Shown here: piece by piece, positions 45,589-53,520 of the stretch
Layout: every line of letters begins with the position of its first letter
Position numbering within the stretch: the first letter of the stretch is position 1
Program-made: the position numbers and the translations under genes
The notes under the pieces: generated by a model
Seen by the model: the letters and a program-made list of their open reading frames with translations, nothing else
Databases searched by the model: none
What the model was told of the DNA's origin: nothing
NCBI GenBank assembly: GCA_964419785.1
Contig: CAYQRM010000113.1
Span: forward strand, 1,376-65,375
Direction of reading: 5' to 3'
Origin: an uncultured Solibacteraceae bacterium
GTDB lineage: Bacteria; Acidobacteriota; Vicinamibacteria; Vicinamibacterales; SCN-69-37
Length of the DNA: 64,000 nt

Positions 45589-47409
45589 ATGGCACTGAGT
45601 CTCAAGACGAAACAGGTCGCTGGCGTCACGGTCACTGCCCTGCTCACGTCGATCCTGCTGGGCGCCTGGTACCTGTCGTCACTGGCGCGCATCCTGCTCG
45701 AGGAGAGCCGAACGCGCGCCGAGTTCATCGCGCACGCGATCTACCAACGCGCGCGCGACGTCGTCGCGGCAAGCGGCCCGGATGCCGATCTGATCGCCAA
45801 TCTCCAGCGTGACGGCGGTCTGACGTCGCTGATGACCGCGACGCTCTACGAAAAGAACGTGCTCTACGCGGCCATCGTGGACACGAAGAGCATCATCATC
45901 GTCCACAGCGATCTGCAGACCGTGAACACGGAGCTGCAACCGGCCGACGATCTCGAGCAGCTGTTGCGCGCCGGGCCGATCGCGCAGGCCCGCGCCATCT
46001 ACACGCCGGGCGGCCGCGCGTACGAGTACCGCATGCCGCTGCTGCTCGGCAGCACGGAGTTCGGATCGATCCGCGTCGCCATCTCGACGTTCCTCATTCA
46101 GAAGGACTTCGAGAAGGCGCTCACGACACCGCTCGCGACCGTCGCGATCGTGCTCGTCGTCGGAACGCTCGTGGCCATGCTGCTCGCGCAGGTCACGCTC
46201 CGGCCAATCCACGTGATTCGCAGCAGTCTCGCCAAGCTGGGCCGCGGCGAGCTCGACGTCCACATGGACCTGCCGGAGGACAAGGAATTCAGCGACCTTG
46301 GCGATTCGTTCAAGGCCGTCTCGGCCCGCCTCGCCGCCGATCGGATGCAACTCGCCGGACAGAAGGCCACGCTCGAGTCCGTGGTGGAACATCTCGAGGA
46401 CGCCGTTGCGCTCTTCGCGCCCGACGGCACCCTGCTCTTCGCGAACCCCGCGATGCGCGGCGCGTTCGAGGGCACCGGCACGACGCTCGGCGCGCTGCTG
46501 CCCGCCGGTCATCCGTACCGCCGGCTCGTCGACAAGACGACGGCTGACCGCACGTCGCAGGGACCGGAGACCGTACAGATCCCGGGCGGCGGCGAGCGGC
46601 TCGTGCACACCGACATCGTCAACGACGCCGAGCACGGGCTCGTCGGCGCGATGCTCGTCGCGCGCAACCTCTCGTACCTCAGCCAGGTCGAGTCAACCAT
46701 CAGCTATTCGCGCAAGCTCGCCGCGCTTGGGCGGCTCTCGGCCGGCATCGCGCACGAAGTCAAGAACCCGCTCAACGCAACGATGATCCATCTCGAGCTG
46801 CTGAAAATGCAGATGGCGGACCAACCCGCAGCGATGGAGCATCTCTCGGTGATCGCGGCGCAGATGCGGCGGCTCGACGAGGTCGTGCAGGGTTTCCTGC
46901 GATTCACCCGGCCTGAAGATTTGAAGCTGCAGAAGGTGCGCGTCGGCGCGCTGCTCGACGACCTGATGCCGGTGATTCGTGCGGAGGCCATGAGCCACGG
47001 CATCGACGTGCGCATCGACTGCCCCGCCGACCTGCCGCCGATCAACGCCGATCCCGGGCTGCTCGAACAGGCGTTCCTCAATCTTGCGATCAATGCGTGT
47101 CAGGCGATGCCGCAGGGCGGACGGCTGCGGATTGCGGCCGCGGCGCGCCCGGGCCGCCGGCTGGAAGTCGTGTTCGAGGACACCGGTGTCGGCATCGCGC
47201 CGCAGGATCTTGCCCGAATCTTCGATCTCTACTTCACGACCAAGGAACACGGGAGCGGCATCGGCCTCTCGCTCGTCTATCGCACGGTGCAACTCCACGA
47301 CGGTGAGATCGAGGTGCAGTCGGTGCCCGGTCGGGGCACGACATTCCGGCTGTTGTTGCGGCAGGACGCGACAACTTCGACGCCCGCCGTCGCGATCCCT
47401 GCGTCATAA
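45589..47409 (+). CDS. Sensor histidine kinase (two TM, periplasmic sensor, HAMP, PAS, HisKA, HATPase)
   Basis: 606 aa, starting 3 nt after the regulator stop. The H-box is SAGIAHEVKNPLNA and the G-boxes are EDTGVGI and GSGIGLSLV. Confidence 0.9.
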   Translation: MALSLKTKQVAGVTVTALLTSILLGAWYLSSLARILLEESRTRAEFIAHAIYQRARDVVAASGPDADLIANLQRDGGLTSLMTATLYEKNVLYAAIVDTKSIIIVHSDLQTVNTELQPADDLEQLLRAGPIAQARAIYTPGGRAYEYRMPLLLGSTEFGSIRVAISTFLIQKDFEKALTTPLATVAIVLVVGTLVAMLLAQVTLRPIHVIRSSLAKLGRGELDVHMDLPEDKEFSDLGDSFKAVSARLAADRMQLAGQKATLESVVEHLEDAVALFAPDGTLLFANPAMRGAFEGTGTTLGALLPAGHPYRRLVDKTTADRTSQGPETVQIPGGGERLVHTDIVNDAEHGLVGAMLVARNLSYLSQVESTISYSRKLAALGRLSAGIAHEVKNPLNATMIHLELLKMQMADQPAAMEHLSVIAAQMRRLDEVVQGFLRFTRPEDLKLQKVRVGALLDDLMPVIRAEAMSHGIDVRIDCPADLPPINADPGLLEQAFLNLAINACQAMPQGGRLRIAAAARPGRRLEVVFEDTGVGIAPQDLARIFDLYFTTKEHGSGIGLSLVYRTVQLHDGEIEVQSVPGRGTTFRLLLRQDATTSTPAVAIPAS

Positions 47410-47416
47410 TGAATTG

Positions 47417-47992
47417 GTGAAGGTTCCCCACGCGGCGGCGGCCGTGTTGATTGTCGCCGGCCTCTCCGGCTGCCATCAGGCGCCGCCGAAGCTGCCGCCC
47501 CCGATGCCGGCGCTCGAGGTTCCGCTGCCGCCGGGCCGGCTGATTGTCCCGTCGCCGATTCCCGAGCCCAAGGCCGAGCCGACGCCGACGCCCGTGGCGC
47601 CACCGCCGGTGCATCAGCCGGCGGCAACACCCACGCCCCGTCCAGCCGAGCGGTCGATGCCTCCCCCGGCGCCGACGCCGACACCCGAGCCGACGCCGCC
47701 GCAGACGAACGCGCCGGTGCTCCAGACGACGTCGGATGTGAGCGGCATCGAGCAAAAGACGCGAGCGCAGCTCGCAAGCGCGCGGCACGACCTCGAGAAG
47801 ATCAAGTACAACACGCTCGGTGCCGACGCGAAGGTGCAGTTCGACGCCGCGAATCAGTACATCGTTCAGGCCGAGGACGCGCTGAGGCTCAAGAACTATG
47901 TCTTCGCGAGTCAGCTCGCGGACAAAGCGGTCGTGCTGGCGAGCTTGCTGGTCAAGAGCCGGACGCCGGCAGTCGCTCCCATTTCTTCTTGA
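47417..47992 (+). CDS. Proline-rich lipoprotein with C-terminal helical domain
   Basis: C-terminal part of ORF 47084..47992. The GTG at 47417 (or TTG at 47414) lies just after the kinase stop. The lipobox is VLIVAGLSGC. A Pro/Thr-rich linker is followed by a helical segment, AQLASARHDLEKI..QYIVQAEDALRLKNY. Confidence 0.55.
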   Translation: MKVPHAAAAVLIVAGLSGCHQAPPKLPPPMPALEVPLPPGRLIVPSPIPEPKAEPTPTPVAPPPVHQPAATPTPRPAERSMPPPAPTPTPEPTPPQTNAPVLQTTSDVSGIEQKTRAQLASARHDLEKIKYNTLGADAKVQFDAANQYIVQAEDALRLKNYVFASQLADKAVVLASLLVKSRTPAVAPISS

Positions 47993-48800
47993 GATCATCC
48001 CACTGCTCGCGAAGCAGCGCGAGCGTCGACTGCGCGTCGCCGGTGGGCGTGAGCTGTCGCGCGCGCTCGGGCAGGATCACGTTCGTCATCAGTCGATCGA
48101 GATCGGCCCGCAGTGTCACGCCGCGGGTGCCGAGCGATCCGGCGCGAATCCATCCCGCGATCGCCGCGCCCCACGCTCGTTCGAGATCATCACTGCCGCG
48201 CGCGGCCGCGGCCAGCCAGTAGGCGGCCACCGCGGATTCCGGAGTGTGCGCGAGCTCGCCTTCCGCACGCGTGAGAATCCGCTCGTACAGCAGCTTGCGC
48301 TCCCTCTCGGGGACGAACTGCGCTTCGCGATCGAGCGACTCGGCCCACCACTCGAACATCGACTCGCGCGCGTCGGCCGTCGCATCGTCGGCATGGCCGA
48401 GCGCGGCGTCGAACATCTCCGCGGCGGCCGCGTAGCGCGGCGGCTCTTCGAAGAAGAGTGACTCGCCGAGACCGACGAGGTACTCGACGCGATCGCGCGC
48501 GGTCAGCTTCGACGCGTCGACGCTCTTGAGCGCCGTGCGCGCGCGATCGAGATCGACGGGATCGCGGTGGTCGGGATCGCCCGCGTGATAGCGCTCGAGG
48601 TACGAGCGCGCCAGCACCACCGCCGCCGTGTCGGCCAGCTCGGGAAGCTTCTCCGCCTCGGTCGCCGCAGCGATCGCTTCGTCGAACCGGCGATCGTTGT
48701 AGGCGATTCGGGCAGACGAGAGGGCGTCGCGAGCCGGCACTTGGAGTGGTCCGGCAAGCAGCACGAACAGCAGTCCGACCGTCACCATTTCTGTTGGCAC
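47952..48800 (-). CDS. Hypothetical helical (TPR-like) secreted protein
   Basis: 282-aa ORF of normal composition with a hydrophobic N-terminus. Its 3' end overlaps the convergent lipoprotein gene by 41 bp. The start is uncertain (48800 GTG or 48788 ATG). Confidence 0.5.
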   Translation of the reverse strand: MPTEMVTVGLLFVLLAGPLQVPARDALSSARIAYNDRRFDEAIAAATEAEKLPELADTAAVVLARSYLERYHAGDPDHRDPVDLDRARTALKSVDASKLTARDRVEYLVGLGESLFFEEPPRYAAAAEMFDAALGHADDATADARESMFEWWAESLDREAQFVPERERKLLYERILTRAEGELAHTPESAVAAYWLAAAARGSDDLERAWGAAIAGWIRAGSLGTRGVTLRADLDRLMTNVILPERARQLTPTGDAQSTLALLREQWDDLKKKWERLPASGS

Positions 48801-48962
48801 TCTACCGCTCGCGCCCGAGCCGGCGCAATCTTGCCCGCGACCGGTGTGACGGAACCCTGACGGCGCGCGTAACTTCTACATACCCAACGGCTTCGGCGCC
48901 AGACCTCGGAGGTTTTTCGGGCATTTTTCGACCATCCAGACTTGGCAAGGAAGTTGATACCT

Positions 48963-49913
48963 ATGACGGTCGTGCGACTTCGAGCCCTCGGCGTGTTCGT
49001 CGCGTTGCTGACCGGACGGTCGCTGGTTCACGGCCAGCAGACCTCGGAACAGCGGCCCGTGTTTCGCACGACGGTCGACCGCGTCGCGGTAGCGACGACG
49101 GTCCGCACGAAGCAGGGAAAGATGGTCACGGGCCTCAGAGTGGACGACTTCCGCGTGCTCGATGCGGGCGTCCCGCGCGCGATTTCCGACTTCCGGACCG
49201 AAGAGACGCCGGTGAGCCTGGCCCTGCTCGTGGATTTCAGCGGCAGCATGGACGTCGCAGAGAAGCGCGACGTCGCGCACCAGATCGCCGGACACATCGT
49301 CAGCTGGCTGACGCCCGGCGAGGATCGCGTCGGGCTGTTCGCCTTCGATCGCAATCTCGTCGAGCTTTCGCCGCTCGGCCCCGCGCCGGGCGACGTGTTG
49401 CGAAAGCTGGACACCGTCAAGCCGTACGGCGAGACGTCGCTCTTCGACGCCATCGCCAAAACCGGCCGGATGCTTGCTGAGCACGAGGGACCGCGGCGCG
49501 CGGTCGTCGTGCTGACCGACGGCGTGGACAACGCGAGTCAGCTCACCGCCGCCGAAGTCTCGGGCATCGCCAGCTCCATCGACGTGCCCGTCTACATCGT
49601 CATCGTTGTCTCGCCGCTCGATCGCGTGGGCAAGTCCACGATCGACGACAGCCGGCTCGACGCGATGCTCGAAGGCCGCCTGGCCGATCTTGCGCACTGG
49701 ACGGGCGGAGAGATCTTTGCGGGGATGGGCCCGGCGCAACAGAGCCTGGCCGCGCGGCAGATCGTCAGCGAACTACGTCAGCAGTACTTGATTGCGTTTG
49801 AACCGGACACACGGCCCGGCTGGCATCCGATCGACATTCGGACGCGCCAGAAGGATCTCGTCGTTCGCGCTCGGAGCGGGTACCTGGTGCAGGGCCAGCC
49901 GGAGCGACAGTAG
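48963..49913 (+). CDS. VWA-domain protein (TIGR03436-like acidobacterial VWFA-related)
   Basis: The track ORF begins at TTG 48942. I prefer the ATG at 48963, which lies 9 nt after AGGAAG. The pattern is PVFRTTVDRVAVATTVRTKQGKMVTGLRVDDFRVLDAG..LALLVDFSGSM (MIDAS-like DxSxS). Confidence 0.8.
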   Translation: MTVVRLRALGVFVALLTGRSLVHGQQTSEQRPVFRTTVDRVAVATTVRTKQGKMVTGLRVDDFRVLDAGVPRAISDFRTEETPVSLALLVDFSGSMDVAEKRDVAHQIAGHIVSWLTPGEDRVGLFAFDRNLVELSPLGPAPGDVLRKLDTVKPYGETSLFDAIAKTGRMLAEHEGPRRAVVVLTDGVDNASQLTAAEVSGIASSIDVPVYIVIVVSPLDRVGKSTIDDSRLDAMLEGRLADLAHWTGGEIFAGMGPAQQSLAARQIVSELRQQYLIAFEPDTRPGWHPIDIRTRQKDLVVRARSGYLVQGQPERQ

Positions 49914-49928
49914 GTCAGGAGGACCATC

Positions 49929-50615
49929 ATGCGGAAGTCTCTCTATCTCGTCACGGCACTCGCGTTCGCCCTCGGTGGATCGAGCGCGTGCGCTTCGAAG
50001 GGGTTCGTCAAGAACGAAGTCAGTCAGGTGAGCAGCAAGGTCGACACGCTCAGCCAGTCGCTCGAGCAGACGCAAGAGCGCACGAAGCAGAACGAGTCGA
50101 AGATTGCTGAGGTCGACACACGCACGGGTGCCGCGCAGAGCGCCGCCGACCACGCCCAGAACTCGGCCAACGAGGCCGACTCGAAGGCCGCGGCCGCCGG
50201 CGACGCCGCGAAGTCCGCGGCCGCCAAGGCGGACGAGGTCGACAAGAACGCGAAGCGGCTGCTCTACACCGTCGTCCTGAGCGAGGACGAGGGTGGATTC
50301 AAGTTCAACAAGACCGAGCTGCCAGATGAGGCGAAGGCCAAGATCGACGCGCTCGTCAACCAGATCAAAGCCGATCCGAAGGGTGCTTACTTCGAGATCG
50401 AGGGTCACACTGATAACGTCGGACCGAAGGACGTCAACGAGAAGATCGGACTCGAGCGCGCCCAGGCCGTCGCGCGTTACCTCTACGAGCAGCACCAGAT
50501 TCCGCTGCACCGCATCAACGTGATCAGCTACGGCGATGACAAGCCCGTCGCCCCGAACAAGACGAAGGACGGACGCGCGCAGAACCGCCGTGTTGTGATC
50601 AAGGTGCTCATCTAG
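49929..50615 (+). CDS. OmpA-family lipoprotein with N-terminal coiled coil
   Basis: The ATG is preceded by AGGAGG. The lipobox is LGGSSAC. The OmpA_C pattern is FEIEGHTDNVGP..LGLERAQAV..NRRVVIKV. Confidence 0.85.
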   Translation: MRKSLYLVTALAFALGGSSACASKGFVKNEVSQVSSKVDTLSQSLEQTQERTKQNESKIAEVDTRTGAAQSAADHAQNSANEADSKAAAAGDAAKSAAAKADEVDKNAKRLLYTVVLSEDEGGFKFNKTELPDEAKAKIDALVNQIKADPKGAYFEIEGHTDNVGPKDVNEKIGLERAQAVARYLYEQHQIPLHRINVISYGDDKPVAPNKTKDGRAQNRRVVIKVLI

Positions 50616-50663
50616 TAAAGACACGACCCCTGTCAGTTGTCTGCCTGGCCGATCGCCGGCCAC

Positions 50664-50708
50664 ACGGCGGCGGACCCACCTGCCCGGGTCCGCCGCCGTG
50701 CCCTTTTA
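50664..50708 (+). terminator. Rho-independent terminator after the OmpA-family gene
   Basis: Stem ACGGCGGCGGACCC (50664-50677) pairs with GGGTCCGCCGCCGT (50686-50699) across an 8-nt loop. The downstream sequence is GCCCTTTTA. Confidence 0.7.
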
Positions 50709-50752
50709 TGGGGGCTGGAGCGCGCGTCGAACTGGACTACCATCGAGACAGG

Positions 50753-51352
50753 ATGCGCGCGCGGCGGTGCGGCTTCGTCTTCGTCCTCGCTCTCCTGCTC
50801 TTCCCGTCCACCGCCATCGCGCAGCCGGCCAATCAACATGCCGGGATGTATCTCTACGGCCTCTCCGCGGGTGTTGGCGAGCGCACCACGAGCGGCACGC
50901 TGCATGACGCGTCGCTGCCGGCAAATGTCGGACAGCCGCCGAGCAGTCAGACCGTCGGCGTCCTCGACCTGAGCGGCGGATTCACGTTCGCGCGTCGCCT
51001 GGGCGCGCTCGCGCTCTTCGAGCAAGCGGGCGGCGCGGACACTGCGACCGGCAACTGGGGCACGCTCGGAATTCATGGCGTCGTCCGTGCGTGGGTCGCG
51101 CCGCGTGTCTGGGTCGAGGGCGGCGTCGGCAGTTTGATGCTCGGTTACCGGATCCCGACGGGATCCGGGAACAACGGCGTCACGCGTCTCTGGGCCGTGA
51201 GCCCGGAAGTCTCGGCTGGCGGCGCAATCTTCCAGGGCGAGCACGTCGTGATCGGTGTGATCGCGCGGTACGCGCAAGGTACGTTCGGCGATTTTACGGC
51301 TCGACAGTTCTCGGTTCAGGTCGAGCTGCTCGGGCGCGGGCCCGTCAAGTAA
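50753..51352 (+). CDS. Hypothetical secreted protein, possibly a small beta-barrel
   Basis: From ORF 50708..51352; ATG at 50753 gives MRARRCGFVFVLALLLFPSTAIAQ. The sequence is Gly/aromatic-rich with an alternating pattern. I recognise no domain. Confidence 0.5.
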   Translation: MRARRCGFVFVLALLLFPSTAIAQPANQHAGMYLYGLSAGVGERTTSGTLHDASLPANVGQPPSSQTVGVLDLSGGFTFARRLGALALFEQAGGADTATGNWGTLGIHGVVRAWVAPRVWVEGGVGSLMLGYRIPTGSGNNGVTRLWAVSPEVSAGGAIFQGEHVVIGVIARYAQGTFGDFTARQFSVQVELLGRGPVK

Positions 51353-51364
51353 TCGAGCTCACAG

Positions 51365-52396
51365 ATGCGCGCGATGATCTTGAACGCCGTTGGCACGCTG
51401 GATCCCCGGACCCACGCGCGCCCGCTCGCACTCGTCGATCTCCCCTCCCCCATTCCGAAAGAAGATGAAGTGCTGGTGCGCGTCGCCGCGTGCGGCGTGT
51501 GCCATACCGAACTCGACGAGATCGAAGGGCGGCTGCCGCCATCGTCACTTCCGCGCGTGCTCGGACATCAGGTCGTCGGGCGCGTCGAGGCGGTCGGTCC
51601 CAAGGTCGCAAATCGCAGAATCGGCGATCGCGTCGGCGTGGCGTGGATATTCCGCGCCTGCGGCGTCTGCGGATTCTGCACGAGCGGCCGCGAGAATCTG
51701 TGCGAGCGCTTCGAGGCGACGGGCCGTGATGCGAACGGTGGCTACGCCGAGTTCATGACGGCGCCGGCGGCGTTCACACATCCGATTCCGCCGGCGTTCT
51801 CGGACGTCGAAGCCGCGCCCCTTCTGTGCGCCGGCGCGATTGGTTATCGATCGCTCGCGATGACCAACCTCGAGGACGGCGCACCGCTGGGCCTCACCGG
51901 CTTCGGCGCGTCGGCGCATCTCGTCATGCGGCTCGCGCGATCGCGCTGTCCGCACTCAGCCGTGTACGTCTTCGCCAGAAACGCGGATGAGCGCGCGTTC
52001 GCGCGGGAGCTTGGCGCGACGTGGACCGGCGACACCGACGATCGTCCGCCGGTCGCGCTCGCGGCGATTATCGACACGACGCCGGCCTGGCGTCCGATCG
52101 TGCGCGCGCTCGCCTGCCTCGCGCCGGGCGGACGGCTCGTCATCAACGCCATTCGCAAGGAGAGCGGCGATCAGGCCGCGCTCGGCGAGCTCGACTACGC
52201 GACCCACCTCTGGCGAGAGAAGTCGATCGTGTCGGTGGCCAACGTCACGCGCGAGGACGTGCGCAAGTTCCTCGAGATTGCCGCGGCCGAGGCGATCAAG
52301 CCGGAAGTCGAGCAATATCGCCTCGAGGATGCGAACGAAGCGCTCGTCGATCTCAAGGCGCGGCGGGTGCGCGGCGGCAAGGTCCTCGTGATCTAG
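51365..52396 (+). CDS. Zinc-dependent alcohol dehydrogenase (MDR family)
   Basis: 343 aa. The catalytic Zn region is AACGVCHTELDEIEG, the structural Zn region is CGVCGFCTSGRENLC, and the nucleotide-binding loop is GLTGFGASAHL. Confidence 0.85.
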   Translation: MRAMILNAVGTLDPRTHARPLALVDLPSPIPKEDEVLVRVAACGVCHTELDEIEGRLPPSSLPRVLGHQVVGRVEAVGPKVANRRIGDRVGVAWIFRACGVCGFCTSGRENLCERFEATGRDANGGYAEFMTAPAAFTHPIPPAFSDVEAAPLLCAGAIGYRSLAMTNLEDGAPLGLTGFGASAHLVMRLARSRCPHSAVYVFARNADERAFARELGATWTGDTDDRPPVALAAIIDTTPAWRPIVRALACLAPGGRLVINAIRKESGDQAALGELDYATHLWREKSIVSVANVTREDVRKFLEIAAAEAIKPEVEQYRLEDANEALVDLKARRVRGGKVLVI

Positions 52397-52424
52397 TCTT
52401 CGTGATCTCGTCTTCGTGATTTAG
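52383..52424. repeat. Head-to-tail 14-bp triplication spanning the ADH stop and the convergent gene stop
   Basis: TCCTCGTGATCTAG (52383-52396), TCTTCGTGATCTCG (52397-52410) and TCTTCGTGATTTAG (52411-52424). Confidence 0.85.
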
Positions 52425-52849
52425 TCTTTGGCGGGACGCGGACGCAGCACGCCAATCTGAACCAGCATGCCGGTGAAATCGTAGATACGCCGCTCGTGGG
52501 CGATGTGGCCGTCCTTCATCTGGTGCACGAGCGCGCCCTGAATCGTGAACTGACGGTTGGTCGCGGGCAGCCCGAACATCTCGGACGAGTGGGTCGCGTG
52601 CAGCTTGAAGAGCTGCACGACGTGCTCGCCATCCACGATGAGTGCCTGCATGTCGAAGACGAAGTCGGGAAACGCGCGGAAAAAGGCCGCGTACGACCCT
52701 TCGATCGCGGCCCGGCCTCGCACGATCCCGAAGATTGGGCTCTCGACCACACCGTCTTCCGCATGGCCTTTCGCGAGACCGGCCGAATCGCGGCGACGCC
52801 ACAGGGCCTCGCGTTGGCTGAACAGCGCCACGACCTCGTCCCGGTTCAT
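52421..52849 (-). CDS. SnoaL-like / ester-cyclase family protein (NTF2 fold)
   Basis: C-terminal 142 aa of ORF 52421..53302. The ATG at 52849 lies 8 nt after GGAGG. The pattern is EGSYAAFFRAFPDFVFDMQALIVDGEHVV..THSSEMFGLPATNRQF..YDFTGMLVQIG. Confidence 0.7.
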   Translation of the reverse strand: MNRDEVVALFSQREALWRRRDSAGLAKGHAEDGVVESPIFGIVRGRAAIEGSYAAFFRAFPDFVFDMQALIVDGEHVVQLFKLHATHSSEMFGLPATNRQFTIQGALVHQMKDGHIAHERRIYDFTGMLVQIGVLRPRPAKD

Positions 52850-52893
52850 GACCGCGCCTCCGGCTGGGAAGGCGGACAGCATACCTGAAGATT

Positions 52894-52931
52894 GAAAGTC
52901 GGAAGTCAAGAAGTCGGAAAGTCGGGAAGTG
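52894..52931. repeat. Purine-rich AAGTCRR short-period repeat tract
   Basis: GAAAGTCGGAAGTCAAGAAGTCGGAAAGTCGGGAAGTG. It shares AAGTCGGGAAGTG and AAGTCGGAAAG with the 33.6-kb element, where they lie on the opposite strand. Confidence 0.8.
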
Positions 52932-53002
52932 CACGTCGACGATCGAGTGCTGTTCAACGATCGAACCAGAGGTGGCGACTGGGTCAGCGGAGATTGCTGA
53001 GT

Positions 53003-53201
53003 TCGCGAAGCGAACGAGCTCGCGAACGGAGCGGGGACCGAGGGCCCCCGCGAGTGAACGAGTCGGGCGTCTGGGGGCCACGCCCCCAGATCCAGATCAA
53101 GAAGCGAGGTCGCGAAGCGAACGAGCCTCGCGAACGGAGCGGGGATCGAGGGGCCCCCGCGAGTGAGCGAGTCGGGGGTCTGGGGGCAACGCCCCCAGAT
53201 C
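53003..53201. repeat. Two tandem copies (107-bp period) of a ~91-bp unit containing three consecutive hairpins
   Basis: Unit A is 53003-53092 and unit B is 53110-53201. Each unit has TCGCGA..TCGCGA, GCGGGG..CCCCGC and TCTGGGGGC-nac-GCCCCCAGA stems. Most A/B differences fall in loops or linkers. Confidence 0.85.
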
Positions 53202-53205
53202 AATC

Positions 53206-53281
53206 TGGAGCCGGCGATCGGACTTGAACCGATGACCTGCTGATTACGAATCAGCTGCTCTACCAACTGAGCTACGCCGGC
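53206..53281 (-). tRNA. tRNA-Thr (anticodon CGU), CCA encoded
   Basis: The reverse complement folds as GCCGGCG-TA-GCTC-AGTTGGTA-GAGC-A-GCTGA-TTCGTAA-TCAGC-AGGTC-ATCGG-TTCAAGT-CCGAT-CGCCGGC-T-CCA. All four stems are fully paired and the length is 76 nt. Confidence 0.92.
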
Positions 53282-53520
53282 CTGTCCTGAGCGAGCCCTC
53301 ACGCGCGAGTCGAAGGGCTTGTCGTGCGCATGCCCGTCGCCTTCACGGGCGGGCGGAACGGCAAAGGACCACTCAGTTTACTACGCCGGACCCGTTCGGT
53401 CGCGATCTCCGTCTTGTAAGCCGCGTTCTGCAACGTCACTGGTGTGCATGTTGATTCCCTGGTATTCCCGGGGCTCGTCGACCGTTTCTCTGGCTCAGGT
53501 CTTGCACGATCGCCCCGATC

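Noticed and set aside
48795-48809. A sigma54-like -24 element, TGGCAC-TCTAC-CGCT, near the divergent region upstream of the VWA gene.
   Set aside because: The GC of the -12 element lies one nucleotide too close to the GG (GG-N9-GC instead of GG-N10-GC), and the TTGC box is absent. That spacing is normally invariant.
48943-48957. TGGCAA-GGAAG-TTGA, with correct sigma54 spacing.
   Set aside because: It ends only 5 nt before the preferred ATG (48963), and its AGGAAG segment doubles as the likely SD. The conserved -12 GC is GA. It is more simply explained as the ribosome-binding region.
53003-53201. Tandem repeats considered as a CRISPR array.
   Set aside because: There are only two copies. The unit is about 91 bp with a 17-bp linker rather than 25-40-bp repeats with unique spacers. 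There are no cas genes.
52421-53302. A 293-aa minus-strand ORF running through the tRNA-Thr gene and the tandem repeats.
   Set aside because: Only the last 142 codons (from ATG 52849, which has a GGAGG SD) look like a protein (SnoaL/ester-cyclase pattern). The upstream part is translation of the tRNA and repeat DNA.
53366-53389. A sequence resembling the 5' part of the tRNA-Thr gene (CCGGCGTAG exact, loose similarity beyond), about 100 bp from the tRNA. It could be an att-site or duplication scar.
   Set aside because: A 9-mer match is at chance level in 64 kb of GC-rich DNA. Integrase att duplications normally involve the tRNA 3' end. No integrase or other island genes are present.
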